Of a stretch of 64,000 nucleotides of DNA, positions 44,792 to 56,216 are shown piece after piece. The stretch is taken from NCBI GenBank assembly GCA_963845755.1, contig CAWJTV010000030.1:64001-128000 (forward strand). Reading direction: 5' to 3'. The notes under the pieces are model-generated. The model saw only the letters and a program-made list of their open reading frames with translations. It made no database searches and was not told where the DNA came from. Source of the DNA: an uncultured Planctomycetota bacterium (GTDB lineage: Bacteria > Planctomycetota > Planctomycetia > Isosphaerales > Isosphaeraceae). Each line of letters opens with the position of its first letter. Position 1 is the first letter of the stretch. Made by a program: the position numbers and the translations under genes.

Positions 44792-45560
44792 TCAAGAGAT
44801 GATGCCCGTACCGGCCGCCACCAGCGAGGCCAGCTCCCCGAACAACACGAAGATCGTCGTGATGTAGAGGATTCCGGTTGCCGATTGTGTCGAGCGGATC
44901 TCGGCCGTGCGGCGGGCCAGGTAGACCGACACCGCGACGCCCACGAATCCCATCCCCCAGCGCATGGCGAGGATCGTCGCATCCGTCGAGTGATCGCGGA
45001 ATCCCGAGCCCAGAAGCTCACTTTGCGCAAACCAGACGGCTATGCCGGCCAGCAAACCACGTGCGCCGAGGGCCGCCAGGATCGCGCCGAGTGATCGCTT
45101 CAGAGGGTCCGTCGTCATCGAGGGCGCGATCAGGTAATAGTGGCCCAGAAGCATGGCCGTGAGGCGTGGCGCCCATCAGGCCGCCCGAGCTGATTCGGCT
45201 CAAACTATTGAGCGTCCATACCACGGGATGATCAGATCGCGACGCATCAATCATCCATAGAGAAGTGACCACCGCGCCGAGAATGCCCGCGGCGATCCCG
45301 ACTCGCGGCAGACCGAGTCCCCACGAAATTGTGGCAAGGTAAGCGAGGATCACTCCCGCGACGATCAGACCGACGGACATCGACGCTCCACGCGAGCGCG
45401 CCTGGTCCAGTCCGGCCAGTACGAGAGTTGCCAGGATCACCTGATTCTGGATCCGGAAGAACCGCAGCGGTACCTCACGCCAGGAGGTCAGAAGCAACGA
45501 TAGGATCAAGCCGAGTGATAAACGGACGGCGAAGTCGGCGAGTAAAGGTACAGAATGCAT
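44792..45560 (-). CDS. Hypothetical integral membrane protein (frameshift near 45165)
   Basis: Multi-TM; MLLGHYYL and TQSATGILY motifs. Confidence 0.7.
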
Positions 45561-45866
45561 CGCAAGGCCCTGGTGATTCCACGCCTGGCAGGCGATCACG
45601 ACGAGGTGAATCCGTTCTCAACACACCCATCGATCGAACACAGCCCGCCCAATCCCTATCGATCCATGATACGGCCGAGGGAACGCGGACAACATGCCGG
45701 TTCAGGACTGCGTTCCTCGATCGTCACGACCGTACCTCTCTGGATTCTCGCTTTTCAAGACTTGATAAGAGGATCACTGGCGGAATCCAGATTACGAAAG
45801 TACGATGCTTAATTCGCTCACATTGGAACCAACAGCCGCAAAGCGACCAGACGTGGGGAGTCTCAG

Positions 45867-46956
45867 ATGGGAAGAAAGATCAGGATGTCATGCTGCTGGA
45901 CGATTCTGTTCGGCTGCCTCGGTTCCGCGGTTCCGGCGAGTGGTGCCGATCGCCCGGCGGACGAGATCCTGAAGGCCCTCGACGCGGTGAAGCTGCCCGC
46001 GATCGACAGAGCCAGGGTGTCAGACCCCTCCTATCGCCAGCAGTTACAGAGAGAAATGGAGGAGGTTTCCCGCAAGCGGGATTCTCTGATCCTGGAACTG
46101 TACAGGACCGACCTGAACCACGACAAACTGCCGTTCTTGATGGCGGAACGTTGGGATCGCATTCCCCTCGATGGACCGGCCCGTACGGTCCGCGATACTG
46201 AGGTAAAGTCGGTTCTCGAACACGCGACGAACCCGCAACTCCGCACGGAGGCCACGTTCGCCAGGTCCCTCGGGAGAGTATTCGACTCGCGGTCTACCGG
46301 ACACCCAGACGTTGCCGCTGTTGACGAGTTCATCAAGGTGGCTCCCAAGGATCCGCGCGGCGTGCAGTTGCTCTTTATCTGCACGAGACTCACCGCGGAC
46401 GCGGAGGCGCGGTCCGCGATCGAAGATCGGATCACCAAGGACTTTCCCGATTCGAAACACGCGTCATCGATCCTGGGCATGAGACGCAAGACCAGAGCGA
46501 TCGGCAAGCCTTTCGAACTCGAGTTCACCGAAGCCCTCACGGGTGCCCCAATTTCGATGAAGAACCTCAAGGGCAAGGTGGTCGTTCTCGATTTCTGGGC
46601 CACCTGGTGCGGGCCGTGCGTGGAGGATATGCCGCGCCTGAAGAAGCTCTATGCCAAGTACCACGATCGAGGTGTCGAATTCGTCGGTATCAGCTTGGAC
46701 CAGCCCAAGGAGGAAGGCGGCCTGGATCGACTCAAGAAGTTCGTGAAAGATAACAAGATGCCCTGGCCCCAGTATTATCAAGGCAATGGATGGGAGAGCC
46801 GCGTTTTCGCGGTCGTGGGGTATCGATGCGATTCCCGCGATGTTCGTCATCGCCCCGGACGGAACCCTCTTCTCGACAACCGCGCGCAAAGACCTCGAGT
46901 CCATCATTCTCGAGGAGCTGAAGAAGTCCGAGGGATCCCCAACCAGGAAAGAGTGA
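45867..46956 (+). CDS. Secreted TlpA-family thiol-disulfide oxidoreductase (frameshift near 46800)
   Basis: Signal peptide, GKVVVLDFWATWCGPC, GISLD; C-terminus IPAMFVI in a shifted frame. Confidence 0.85.
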
Positions 46957-47080
46957 GGCGTCCTGGTGACCGGATTTTGTCTGACTGACGAGGAACATCG
47001 CGAAGCTTGACCCCGGGCCCGGAGTTCCTGGCATTTCCAGTCGGTTCACCCGGCCTCGTGTTCCGAGAGAGGCGTCGTCG

Positions 47081-47725
47081 TCACTTCCGCGATCCGAAAA
47101 TCAGAGACATCAACTCGGTGCGCGTGGCGAGCCGCTCCTTGAAAACGCCCCGCATCGCGCTGGTGACGAACGAGCTATCAGGCTTGTTGACGCCCCGGAT
47201 CGTCATGCAGCTATGGGTCCCTTCGATCACAACCGCCACGCCCTTGGCATCGAGCTCCTTCATCAGGAGGTCCGCCACCTCTTCGGTCAAGCGCTCCTGC
47301 ATCTGCGGACGCTTGGCAAGCACGTCCACGACGCGTGGGATCTTGGACAATCCGACGACACTCCCGTTGGGGATGTAGGCGATGTGGGCCTCTCCGACGA
47401 CCGGGAGGAGATGATGTTCGCAGAAGCTCACGAACCGTATGTCTCGAATCAGGAGGATCTCGTCGTACTTCTGGGTGAACAACTTCCGGAGATGCACTCG
47501 CGGATCCTCGTGGAGGCCCTGAAAGACCTCGGCATACATCCGGGCGACGCGATCGGGCGTCTCACGTAGTCCCTCACGTCCGGGATCTTCGCCCACGGCC
47601 AGTAGAATCTCGTGCACGGCGCGTCGAATCCGGTCCAGATCGATCTTCGAATTCAACACACTCGCGCTGCGCTCCCTGCCATCCTCGTCGTCACCGCAGC
47701 CGTGAAGGGCACCGTTCGAAGGCAT
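47081..47725 (-). CDS. folE: GTP cyclohydrolase I
   Basis: TPDRVA, CEHHLLP, GLSKI, QMQERLT, HSCMTIRG. Confidence 0.95.
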   Translation of the reverse strand: MPSNGALHGCGDDEDGRERSASVLNSKIDLDRIRRAVHEILLAVGEDPGREGLRETPDRVARMYAEVFQGLHEDPRVHLRKLFTQKYDEILLIRDIRFVSFCEHHLLPVVGEAHIAYIPNGSVVGLSKIPRVVDVLAKRPQMQERLTEEVADLLMKELDAKGVAVVIEGTHSCMTIRGVNKPDSSFVTSAMRGVFKERLATRTELMSLIFGSRK

Positions 47726-47782
47726 CGTGGGCCGCCTGTTGTAAACCTAAATCAAACCTCAACTTCTGGAAAGTATCCGTTC

Positions 47783-47811
47783 ATTCTATGTCGCCCTCAG
47801 TCAGAAATCAA
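47783..47811 (-). promoter_or_regulatory. Putative sigma70 promoter of folE
   Basis: Minus strand TTGATT-N17-TAGAAT. Confidence 0.5.
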
Positions 47812-47828
47812 GCTGCCGAATCTCCCGC

Positions 47829-48506
47829 TCAATTGAGGCTAAACGGCGGCGGAAAGGGGCGAGATTCTGGAGTCTGCGCGAGCGACTGGCGAAGGACGCT
47901 CTTGAGAGTCGTGACCCGACGATCCACCCGCGTCTCTTCCAGCAGGGATTGCTTCAGGGGAGTTGGAAGCTCGAGAGCGTGCGCGATGACGTCGCACAAG
48001 CCGCCGAGGGGTAGGTCCGAGTTCAGGACGTGCGACAGGTCCGTCTCGAGTTCATGGGCCTGCTGGAAGACCAGGAGGAATAAATCAAGAAGCTCCTTCC
48101 GGTGAGAATCGAGATCGTTCGCGCCCTCCCGGTCTTCGAGGATCGTCGCCTCCGCAATGCGATAGAGTCTTGGACTGGCCAGTTCGCGGACAAGACGGAC
48201 CCGCTTGCAGCCCAGAAGCAGAAGATGGAACCGTCCGTCGGGAAGGCGCTCGTGTTGAATGATACGGCCGAGACAGCCCACATCCTTGATTGGAGTCGGC
48301 TCGGTCCAAGGAGTGCCCCCTACCATCGGTCGGATCTGGACGATGGTCACCTGGCGGTCGTCGGCCAGGGCATCCTCGGTCATCTGGCGGTAACGGGGCT
48401 CGAAGATATGCAAGGGGAGGATCGTGTGTGGAAACAGGACGAGGTTCGGCAGAGGGAAGAGCCGACATGGCCTCGAGGAACCGCGCGGTTGCGTCTGATC
48501 GTCCAT
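47829..48506 (-). CDS. LON peptidase substrate-binding domain protein
   Basis: LFPLPNLVLFP, LHIFEPRYRQM, DGRF. Confidence 0.9.
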   Translation of the reverse strand: MDDQTQPRGSSRPCRLFPLPNLVLFPHTILPLHIFEPRYRQMTEDALADDRQVTIVQIRPMVGGTPWTEPTPIKDVGCLGRIIQHERLPDGRFHLLLLGCKRVRLVRELASPRLYRIAEATILEDREGANDLDSHRKELLDLFLLVFQQAHELETDLSHVLNSDLPLGGLCDVIAHALELPTPLKQSLLEETRVDRRVTTLKSVLRQSLAQTPESRPFPPPFSLN

Positions 48507-48766
48507 CGTATCTTCCAGCCGTGGTCATCGATGTAAATCGCACGACGCGAGGTGAGGAGAACCGCAACTCCGCTTGACATAACCCCGCCGCCGTCGCCGA
48601 GAATAGCGAACCCGGCGTATGCGACCGCCTCTCCTTACCAGATCGTTCGCTCGTTCGCCTCATTCTAGTTTCGATCAGGTGATGGACAAGCCGGAACCCG
48701 CCGTTGCCCATACGACGAGGGACTCCGTGCGCCGAAGCAGCCCTCCGAGGAGTTGAGGAGATCCTG

Positions 48767-49479
48767 ATGTCCCCCTCCCGTCGCGCCTCGACAACGCCCA
48801 AGAGCCAGGCCAGGCGAGTCCTGGATGGCCTGAAGAGCGCCTATCCCGAGGCCAATTGCGCCTCTCCCATGCAGGCCCCTATCAACTCTTGGTCGCCACC
48901 ATTCTATCAGCGCAGTGCACGGATGCACGAGTCAATCAGGTCACGCCGGCGCTGTTTCGTCGATACCCGGATGCCTCCGCGCTGGCGAAGGCAGATCCGA
49001 CGGAGCTGGAGGGGCTCATCCGCTCGACCGGTTTTTTCCGGGCCAAGGCCCGCAACCTCGTGGCGATGGCCAAACAGGCTGTGGAGCGGCATGGGGGCCA
49101 GATTCCGATGGATCTGAAGTCCTTGATCGCCCTGAACGGCGTGGGCCGAAAGACGGCCAACGTCGTGCTGGGCACGGCTTTCGGCCGGGCCGAAGGGATC
49201 GTGGTCGACACTCATGTCAAGCGGCTCGTGCATCGCCTCGGCCTCACGACCGGGACGATGCCGGAGCCGATCGAGCGCGATCTGATGCAGGTCATCCCGC
49301 GCTCGGAATGGATCGACCTGAGCCACCGCCTGATTCAGCATGGACGAAAGGTGTGCCAGGCGCGACGACCGAAATGCGGAATCTGCACGCTCGCCAACTT
49401 CTGTCCGAAGGTCGGAGTGGTCGCATCGGATCAACCCAGATTCCCTAAGACCGGTCGCTTGCCCGGAAGCCGAGCGTGA
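48767..49479 (+). CDS. nth: Endonuclease III (frameshift near 48860)
   Basis: [24 protein letters not shown]6-C-X2-C-X5-C. Confidence 0.92.
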
Positions 49480-49763
49480 TGTAGATTTTGTCAAGTTACG
49501 CGCCATTGGCGTGGGAACCGAGAGACGGACCGTACCGGCGATCGTCCCGCGCTCAAGGCGAACGGCTTGCCGCTCTGCGTCGTCTAATTATAGGATTGAT
49601 GAAGTTCGTCGTCATTGCGTAAGCGCCGGTGCCGCGGCACGGCGGCGGATCCTCGTCATCTCCGTGACATCAACGGTCCAAGCCCCATCGTATTTATGAC
49701 TTGCGGCGCGATGCCGCGAGGGTGGTCGGCCGGCCGTCTTACTCTGATTGGTAGGATGGGACC

Positions 49764-50624
49764 ATGACCCAAGTTGGCAAAATCCTCGTGCTCGCGATCG
49801 TTGGCTTTTCCCTCGTCTTCCTCGGCATCTCCACCTCGGTCTTCGTGACCTCGAAGAACTGGAAAACCGAGACGCAGAAGAAGTCGGAGGACCTCAAGAA
49901 AGTCCAGAAGAGCCTGGCTGACGCCAAGGCCCTCGTGGATGCAGCCAAGAAGGAGCTGGCGGACGCCAAGAGCAACGAAGCGGCCCAGACCAAGCAACTG
50001 AATGACCGCATCCGCGGATTGGAAGACCAGAACAAGCGTGACCAGACGGACATCCAGGATGTTCGTGGCAAACTCGTCACGGCCCAGGAAAACGCCAAGA
50101 GTGCGCTCGATGAGGCCGCTCATCGGCGAGATGAGACCACCCTCCTTCGTACTCAGAAGTCTGCAGTCGAGAAGCAGGCCAATGAGTTCAAGTTGCGACA
50201 GGCGGAGCTGATCGACAAGATCCGCGAGCAGGAGCGGATGCTGGATACCAACATCAAGAATAATTCCGACCTCCGCGAGCGGGTCGCGAAGTTTACCACC
50301 TTGCTCCAACAAAACGGCCTGTCCGCCGACATCAGCCAGATCAAAGGGCTGGAAAGCCCGCCGCCGGTCGAGGGGCTGATCAAGCGAGTGGACGCAACCA
50401 ATCGTCGCGTCGAGATCTCCATTGGTTCTGACGATGGATTGGTCGCCGGTCATGAATTGAACCTTTACCGCCTCAAACCAAGACCGGAGTTCCTGGGGAA
50501 GATCCAGATTGTTGCCCCGGTCGATCCCAATCAGGCCGTGGGACTTGTGGTCGGCAAAACCTACCAGGGCAAGAAGATAAAGGAGGGCGACATTGTCTCG
50601 TCAACCATCAACCCGCGGTTCTAG
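49764..50624 (+). CDS. Membrane-anchored coiled-coil protein with C-terminal beta-barrel
   Basis: N-terminal TM helix, long heptad region, VEISIGSDDGL motif. Confidence 0.7.
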   Translation: MTQVGKILVLAIVGFSLVFLGISTSVFVTSKNWKTETQKKSEDLKKVQKSLADAKALVDAAKKELADAKSNEAAQTKQLNDRIRGLEDQNKRDQTDIQDVRGKLVTAQENAKSALDEAAHRRDETTLLRTQKSAVEKQANEFKLRQAELIDKIREQERMLDTNIKNNSDLRERVAKFTTLLQQNGLSADISQIKGLESPPPVEGLIKRVDATNRRVEISIGSDDGLVAGHELNLYRLKPRPEFLGKIQIVAPVDPNQAVGLVVGKTYQGKKIKEGDIVSSTINPRF

Positions 50625-50811
50625 CGCCACGGCGGCCAGCCGGGGAGCGAGCGCCGCTGCGCAGCGGCGTCCTGGGGTTTTTGTCCAGGCGCCCAAGAGC
50701 GACATCTACGTCGCCCTCCTGGGGCTCGCGCTGGCAGCCATCCTCATCGCCTGCCTGCTGATGCTTGTGATGCTCAATAGTTATGGCTGGAACGTCAAGG
50801 TGCCCGTGTAG
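50593..50811 (+). CDS. Small hypothetical membrane protein
   Basis: PKSDIYVALL plus one TM helix; overlaps the upstream gene. Confidence 0.55.
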   Translation: MSRQPSTRGSSATAASRGASAAAQRRPGVFVQAPKSDIYVALLGLALAAILIACLLMLVMLNSYGWNVKVPV

Positions 50812-50868
50812 ATTGCAACCACTCCTCGGTGCGAAGAGACCCATCCGAAAAAATCGGCTGATGTACTC

Positions 50869-50898
50869 TTGTCAAGGTGTACGAAGATTCGGTATAAT
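50869..50898 (+). promoter_or_regulatory. Putative sigma70 promoter upstream of the Rad52-family gene
   Basis: TTGTCA-N18-TATAAT. Confidence 0.5.
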
Positions 50899-51125
50899 CC
50901 AACCGTCCGATCGGAGTAGGTGGGAAAACCACCCGGCACCGACCGGACGGTGGCTTTTTCGGCGATGGCCGGTTGACTCTCCGTTGGATTGTCGCGGCCC
51001 GTCGCTGGGTGTGCGAGCCACCTCACCTGTTGCACCCGGTATTGGATGACAGTCGAGGGTGGCGGTCGCGGCGCGGATCGTTTGTCCTGCCGGCGACCGC
51101 TCGATCCTCCGGGGGGCGTTGCACG

Positions 51126-51884
51126 ATGACTCAGCATCCCGATCTCTTTGCGGCCCTCGCCGCACCCTTTGACCCCGACGAAGTGAAGCTCCGCGCCCAG
51201 GCCGGGCGCCAGTTGCACTACGTGACGGCGCGAACCGTCATGAACCGACTGGACGACGTGCTCGGGCCCGAGAATTGGTGGGACGATTTCGTTCCGCTGG
51301 AGCACTCCGTGATCTGCCGGCTGACCATCCGGCTGCCGGATGGCGCGGTCCTGACCAAGAGCGACGCGGGCGGTTATGCCGGAATGGCCGATCCCGGCGA
51401 CGATGATAAGAGCGGATTCGCGGACGCGTTCAAGCGCGCCGCGGTGAAGTTCGGCGTGGGTCGCTACCTTTACCGTGACGGCATCCCCAAGTTCGCTCGT
51501 GAGAGTCTCAAGGGGCGCGGCGACCTGGAGGCGCAGCCGGTGACTGGCCAGGGGGCGCAGACTCAGTCTGCAACTACGACAGCTCCGCCACCCTCGCCTG
51601 CTCCTCCCGTGCCGAGCCTGGCACCGAGCCCACGCGCCGGTGACGACGGGCTCAATCCGCCTCGCAACGGCCGGGCTCTGTTCGCCTGGACCAAGGACCA
51701 GGATGAAAAGTACGAGTACGGCCTGCTCAAGCACATCAATGCCTGGGGCAAGCGGCAGGAGTTCCCGCCGCGCATGGTCGATTGGGACGGCGAGCAGGTG
51801 ACGCGGGCCTATGCCGAAGCCTGCCGCAAGGTTCGTGCGATCCATGCGATGCAGCACGCAACCGAGGCCGCCCTATCGAACTGA
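51126..51884 (+). CDS. Rad52/Rad22-family single-strand annealing protein
   Basis: LAAPF, YVTARTVMNRLDDVLGPENW, K.DAG, ADAFKRAAVKFGVGRYLY. Confidence 0.88.
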   Translation: MTQHPDLFAALAAPFDPDEVKLRAQAGRQLHYVTARTVMNRLDDVLGPENWWDDFVPLEHSVICRLTIRLPDGAVLTKSDAGGYAGMADPGDDDKSGFADAFKRAAVKFGVGRYLYRDGIPKFARESLKGRGDLEAQPVTGQGAQTQSATTTAPPPSPAPPVPSLAPSPRAGDDGLNPPRNGRALFAWTKDQDEKYEYGLLKHINAWGKRQEFPPRMVDWDGEQVTRAYAEACRKVRAIHAMQHATEAALSN

Positions 51885-52265
51885 TGCCTCGTCATTGGTC
51901 ATTCGCTCTTTGGTCAGCCTTAGGCCCATCGGTCACCTCGTGCGCAGCGGCTCGGGATGATGCGGATGGACGATGCGGCCGAGTTCCGCCGTTGACGCGG
52001 GAAGCGTCGCCAGGAATCACCAATGGCGAATGACCAATGACCTGGAAGCAATCTGGACCGAGAGCCGATCAGTGATTAGACTGCGCGCTGAGTTCGATGC
52101 TCAGGGATGAGCCGGCGGGCACTCACCACACGGGGCTCCGAGGTGATCGGCAAACCCGTGATGGACGGCCGGTCCAGATGAACGTCTCATCTCGTCATCC
52201 GTCACTCCTATTCCGGGAGGTGCCGCGGCACGAGTGGTCGCGACTGGACGGGAGGCTGAGGCACG

Positions 52266-53738
52266 ATGCACGTGGTGTTTGCAGCCTCCGAGGGGGTGCC
52301 ATTTGCCAAGACCGGTGGTCTGGCCGATGTCGCCGGGGCGCTGCCGTGCGCCCTGTCGCGTCAAGGCCAGCGCATCTCATTGTTTCTGCCCGCCTATCGT
52401 CGGGCCTGGTCGGCCGGTCCCGACCTGATCGACATGGGGGTGCTCCTTCAGATCCCGGTCGGCGCGCGTGTGGTGGAAGGCCGAGTCTATGAGAGCCGGC
52501 TCCCGGGCTCGGACGTGGCCGTCTACCTGATCGACCAGCCCGGCTACTTCGACCGAGACGGGCTCTACGGGAACGGCGTGACGGATTATGTCGATAATTG
52601 CGAGCGGTTCGTCTTCTTCGATCGGGCCGTGCTCGAGACGATCCGGGCCTTGCGTCTCGAACCGGACATTATCCACTGCAATGACTGGCAGACCGGCTTG
52701 ATCTCTGTCTATCGACGCACCCTCTACAGGAATATGCCCGAGCTCGCCGCCTGCGGAACGCTGCTGACCATCCACAACCTGGCGTATCTCGGCCTGTTCT
52801 GGCACTGGGACATGGCTCTCACCGGCCTCGACTGGCATCTGTTCAACTGGCAACAGTTAGAGTTCCACGGAAAGCTCTGTTTCATGAAAGGTGGGCTGGT
52901 CTTCGCGGACATGCTCAGCACGGTGAGCCCCAGTTATGCCCGGGAGATCCAGACCCCGAGGTTCGGCTCGGGAATGGAAGGGTTGCTCCGCGACCGCCAG
53001 GTTGACCTGTTCGGAATCGTCAACGGGATTGATCTGGACACGTGGAGTCCTGCGGTCGAGCCGATGCTGGTTCAGCGCTACGATGCGACGACGGTCGTCG
53101 AGGGCAAGGCACGCTGCAAGACCTGGCTTCAAGAGAAGACCGGACTGCCCGTACGGCCGGAGGTCCCCGTGTTCGCCCAGATCGGGCGGCTCGACCCCCA
53201 GAAAGGATGGGACTTGCTGGCTGATGTGGCGGACCCGCTCCTGGAGCGCGACGTTCAGCTCGTCGTGCTCGGAGTCGGTCATCCCAAGTATCATGCTGTG
53301 CTCGCAGACCTCGCCCGAAAACATCCCGACCGGTTCTGGGCGTACCTCGGCTTCGACGATGACCTGGCCCATCAGATCGAGGCCGGGGCCGACCTGTTCC
53401 TGATGCCGAGCGTTTTCGAACCCTGTGGGTTGAACCAGCTTTACAGCCTGGCGCACGGGACTGTGCCGATCGTCCGCGCCACGGGCGGACTCGCCGACAC
53501 CGTCATCGACGCCAATTCCCAGACCCTCGCCGATGGGACGGCCAATGGTTTCCGCTTCACCGAACCCACGTCCCAGGCCCTCTGGCAGACGATCGAGCGG
53601 GCGCTGGACCTCTGGCTCGACCGCGAGGCCTGGGTCAAGTTGATGCGAACGGGGATGAATGCCGATTGGTCCTGGGACCGCAGCGCCGCGGAGTACTCGC
53701 GGCTCTATGAACAGATCGGGCGCAGGGCGCGATCATGA
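52266..53738 (+). CDS. glgA: Glycogen synthase
   Basis: KTGGLADV, HCNDWQ, TIHNLAY, QKG, PSVFEPCGLNQL. Confidence 0.93.
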   Translation: MHVVFAASEGVPFAKTGGLADVAGALPCALSRQGQRISLFLPAYRRAWSAGPDLIDMGVLLQIPVGARVVEGRVYESRLPGSDVAVYLIDQPGYFDRDGLYGNGVTDYVDNCERFVFFDRAVLETIRALRLEPDIIHCNDWQTGLISVYRRTLYRNMPELAACGTLLTIHNLAYLGLFWHWDMALTGLDWHLFNWQQLEFHGKLCFMKGGLVFADMLSTVSPSYAREIQTPRFGSGMEGLLRDRQVDLFGIVNGIDLDTWSPAVEPMLVQRYDATTVVEGKARCKTWLQEKTGLPVRPEVPVFAQIGRLDPQKGWDLLADVADPLLERDVQLVVLGVGHPKYHAVLADLARKHPDRFWAYLGFDDDLAHQIEAGADLFLMPSVFEPCGLNQLYSLAHGTVPIVRATGGLADTVIDANSQTLADGTANGFRFTEPTSQALWQTIERALDLWLDREAWVKLMRTGMNADWSWDRSAAEYSRLYEQIGRRARS

Positions 53739-53876
53739 TACACTCACGCTCACGCGAACGGACCCTCCAGCCGCTCCATCTTCCCGCCGGGAACTCTTTA
53801 AGTTCGTCCTGAATTGTTCCGAGCATATCTCGGGAGACGACCTATTCTTCTTCAAGAGGATTTAGAACGACTTCCA

Positions 53877-53941
53877 GTAGGGTGGGTGCAACCCACCGAA
53901 CTCCTTGGTTCCAAGGATTAGGTGGGTTGCACCCACCCTAC
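53877..53941. repeat. GTAG-type REP doublet (REPIN-like) with 21-bp perfect inverted arms
   Basis: GTAGGGTGGGTGCAACCCACC / GGTGGGTTGCACCCACCCTAC. Confidence 0.8.
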
Positions 53942-54016
53942 GATTCTTCGTACCGGGCGAGTCGCGGCTACTCGGTCACCCACTCTCGGCGCGGTCGACA
54001 TGGCCAAGAAAGGTGA

Positions 54017-56216
54017 ATGATGGCAACCGTCTCCTTGGCGATGGTTTGGCACCAGCATCAGCCGTATTATCCGGATGATCTGGCTGGAGAGAACCCGATG
54101 CCGTGGGTGCGGCTCCATGCGACCAAAGATTACCTCGGCATGGCCCTGCATCTCGAAGAAGTCCCCGAGTTCCGTTGCACGATCAACCTGGTTCCGAGCC
54201 TGCTGACCCAGCTCGAAGCCTACGTTGGGGGGGCCAGCGACACCCACTTGAAGCTCTCGCGCCGACCGGCGGATGGACTGAACCACGATGATGCCTGCGG
54301 GATCCTCGACAACTTCTTCATGGCCTTCCCGGATTCCATGATCCGGCCCCACGCTGCGCTATCAGGAGTTGTACGGGCTTCGGTCCTCGTGGAACAACTC
54401 GGCCAGGCAGGCACTGGGACGATTCCGCCCCCGCGATCTCCGCGACCTTCAGGTCTGGTCGAACCTGGCGTGGGTCCATCCGCTCATCTTCGAGAAGGAC
54501 CCGGAGCTTGCCGACTTCAAGGCCAAGGGTCGGTACTACACCGAGGAGGAGAAGCAGTGGTTCCTGGACAAGCAGCGCGCGCTTCTGGCTCGAGTGATCC
54601 CACTGCATCGCGAGCTGGCCGAACGGGGCCAGGTGGAGCTCACGACGACGCCGTATTATCACCCCATCCTGCCCTTGCTCCTCGACAAGACGCTGGCGCG
54701 TGAGGCCATGCCGGACGTGACGCTCCCGGCATACCGCGGCGGCTACTCGGAAGACGCGGCCGTCCACGTGCGCCGGGCGATCGAAAGCCATGCCGTGAGA
54801 TTCGGCGATCGGCCGCGTGGCCTGTGGCCGAGCGAGGGCTCGGTCTGCCAGGCGTTGATCCCGCTCCTTGCCGAGCACGGCATCGGCTGGATCGCGACCG
54901 ATGAAGAGATCCTCGCTTGCTCGACGCATGGCCTGGTCGGCCGCGACAGCCGGGGCCATGTGCGCAACCCGGATCGATTGTACCGACCCTGGAAGGTGCG
55001 CGAGGCCGAGTCGGAGCTGGCCATCATCTTTCGCGACCATTCGATGTCGGACCAGATCGGGTTCCACTATCAGCGCAGCCCGGGCCCGGTCGCCGCGGGC
55101 GACTTCTTCGGCAAGCTCCACGCCATCGGTGAGGCATGCCGACACGACCCGGCCACCCTGGTCCCGGTCATCCTTGACGGCGAGAACTGCTGGGAGTACT
55201 ACCCCGATGGCGGCGTCTCGTTCCTGCGCTCGCTCTACCAGGGGGCCGTTCGCGATCCTCGGGTCCGGCCCGTTCGCGTTGATGAATTCTTACGCGAGCA
55301 TCCGCCGCGGGATGCGGACACGATCCAACGCCTCTTCGCGGGGAGCTGGATCAGCCACAATTTCGCCATCTGGATCGGTCATCCCGAGGATAACCGCGGC
55401 TGGGACGAGCTGCACGCCGCGCGGGAGTTCCTGGTCGCCGAGCAACGTACGGGCCGGCACGATGCGGCCACGATGGAACGCGCCTGGGAGGAGATCTACA
55501 TCGCCGAGGGCTCCGATTGGTTCTGGTGGTACGGAGACGATCACTCGAGCGCCCTGGACGGACTGTTCGACCATCTCTTCCGCAAGCACCTGCGGAACGT
55601 CTACGTGCTGCTGGGCTGCGACCCACCCGGCTCGCTGTTCACTCCGATCTCGCGCGGAGTGGCCCATCGCCCGCCCCACGATCAGCCGGTCAGCTTCCTG
55701 AAGGTCAAGCTGGATGGTCGATCGACGTACTTCGAGTGGATCGACGCGGCGCGGTACGCTTGCGGCAACGATCGCGGGACCATGACCCTCGTCTCCCGGG
55801 GCGTTCTCCGAACGATCTGGTTCGGCTTCGACGCCGAACGGCTCCTGATCCGCGTCGACACGGAGGGCGGACCGGCACGCGAACGGCTCGCCGAGGCCGA
55901 TCGCTTGCGGATCGGCTTCGTCGACCCGGCGGACACCGAGATCCTCGTCACGGATCCCGGCATGCCGCGACCGGCCGCCTACCTGAATCGTCCCGGCCAG
56001 CCGGCGGCCAACGGCCCCACGGTCCAGGTCGCGACCGCGACCATCCTCGAGCTCGCCGTGCCGTTCGCCCGCCTGGACCGCCACCCTGGCGACCCGGTCC
56101 GCTTCTACGTGGAGCTGCTCAAGGGCGACTCGAGCCTCGACCGGGCACCTCGCGAGGGAATCCTCGAACTGGAGACGCCCTCACGCGACTTCGAACAGAT
56201 CATGTGGCAGGTTTAG
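54017..56216 (+). CDS. GH57 glycoside hydrolase, amylopullulanase-like (frameshift near 54355)
   Basis: [41 protein letters not shown]. Confidence 0.88.

Noticed and set aside
50973..51884. Prophage around the Rad52-like gene
   Set aside because: There are no integrase, terminase, structural or other phage genes nearby.
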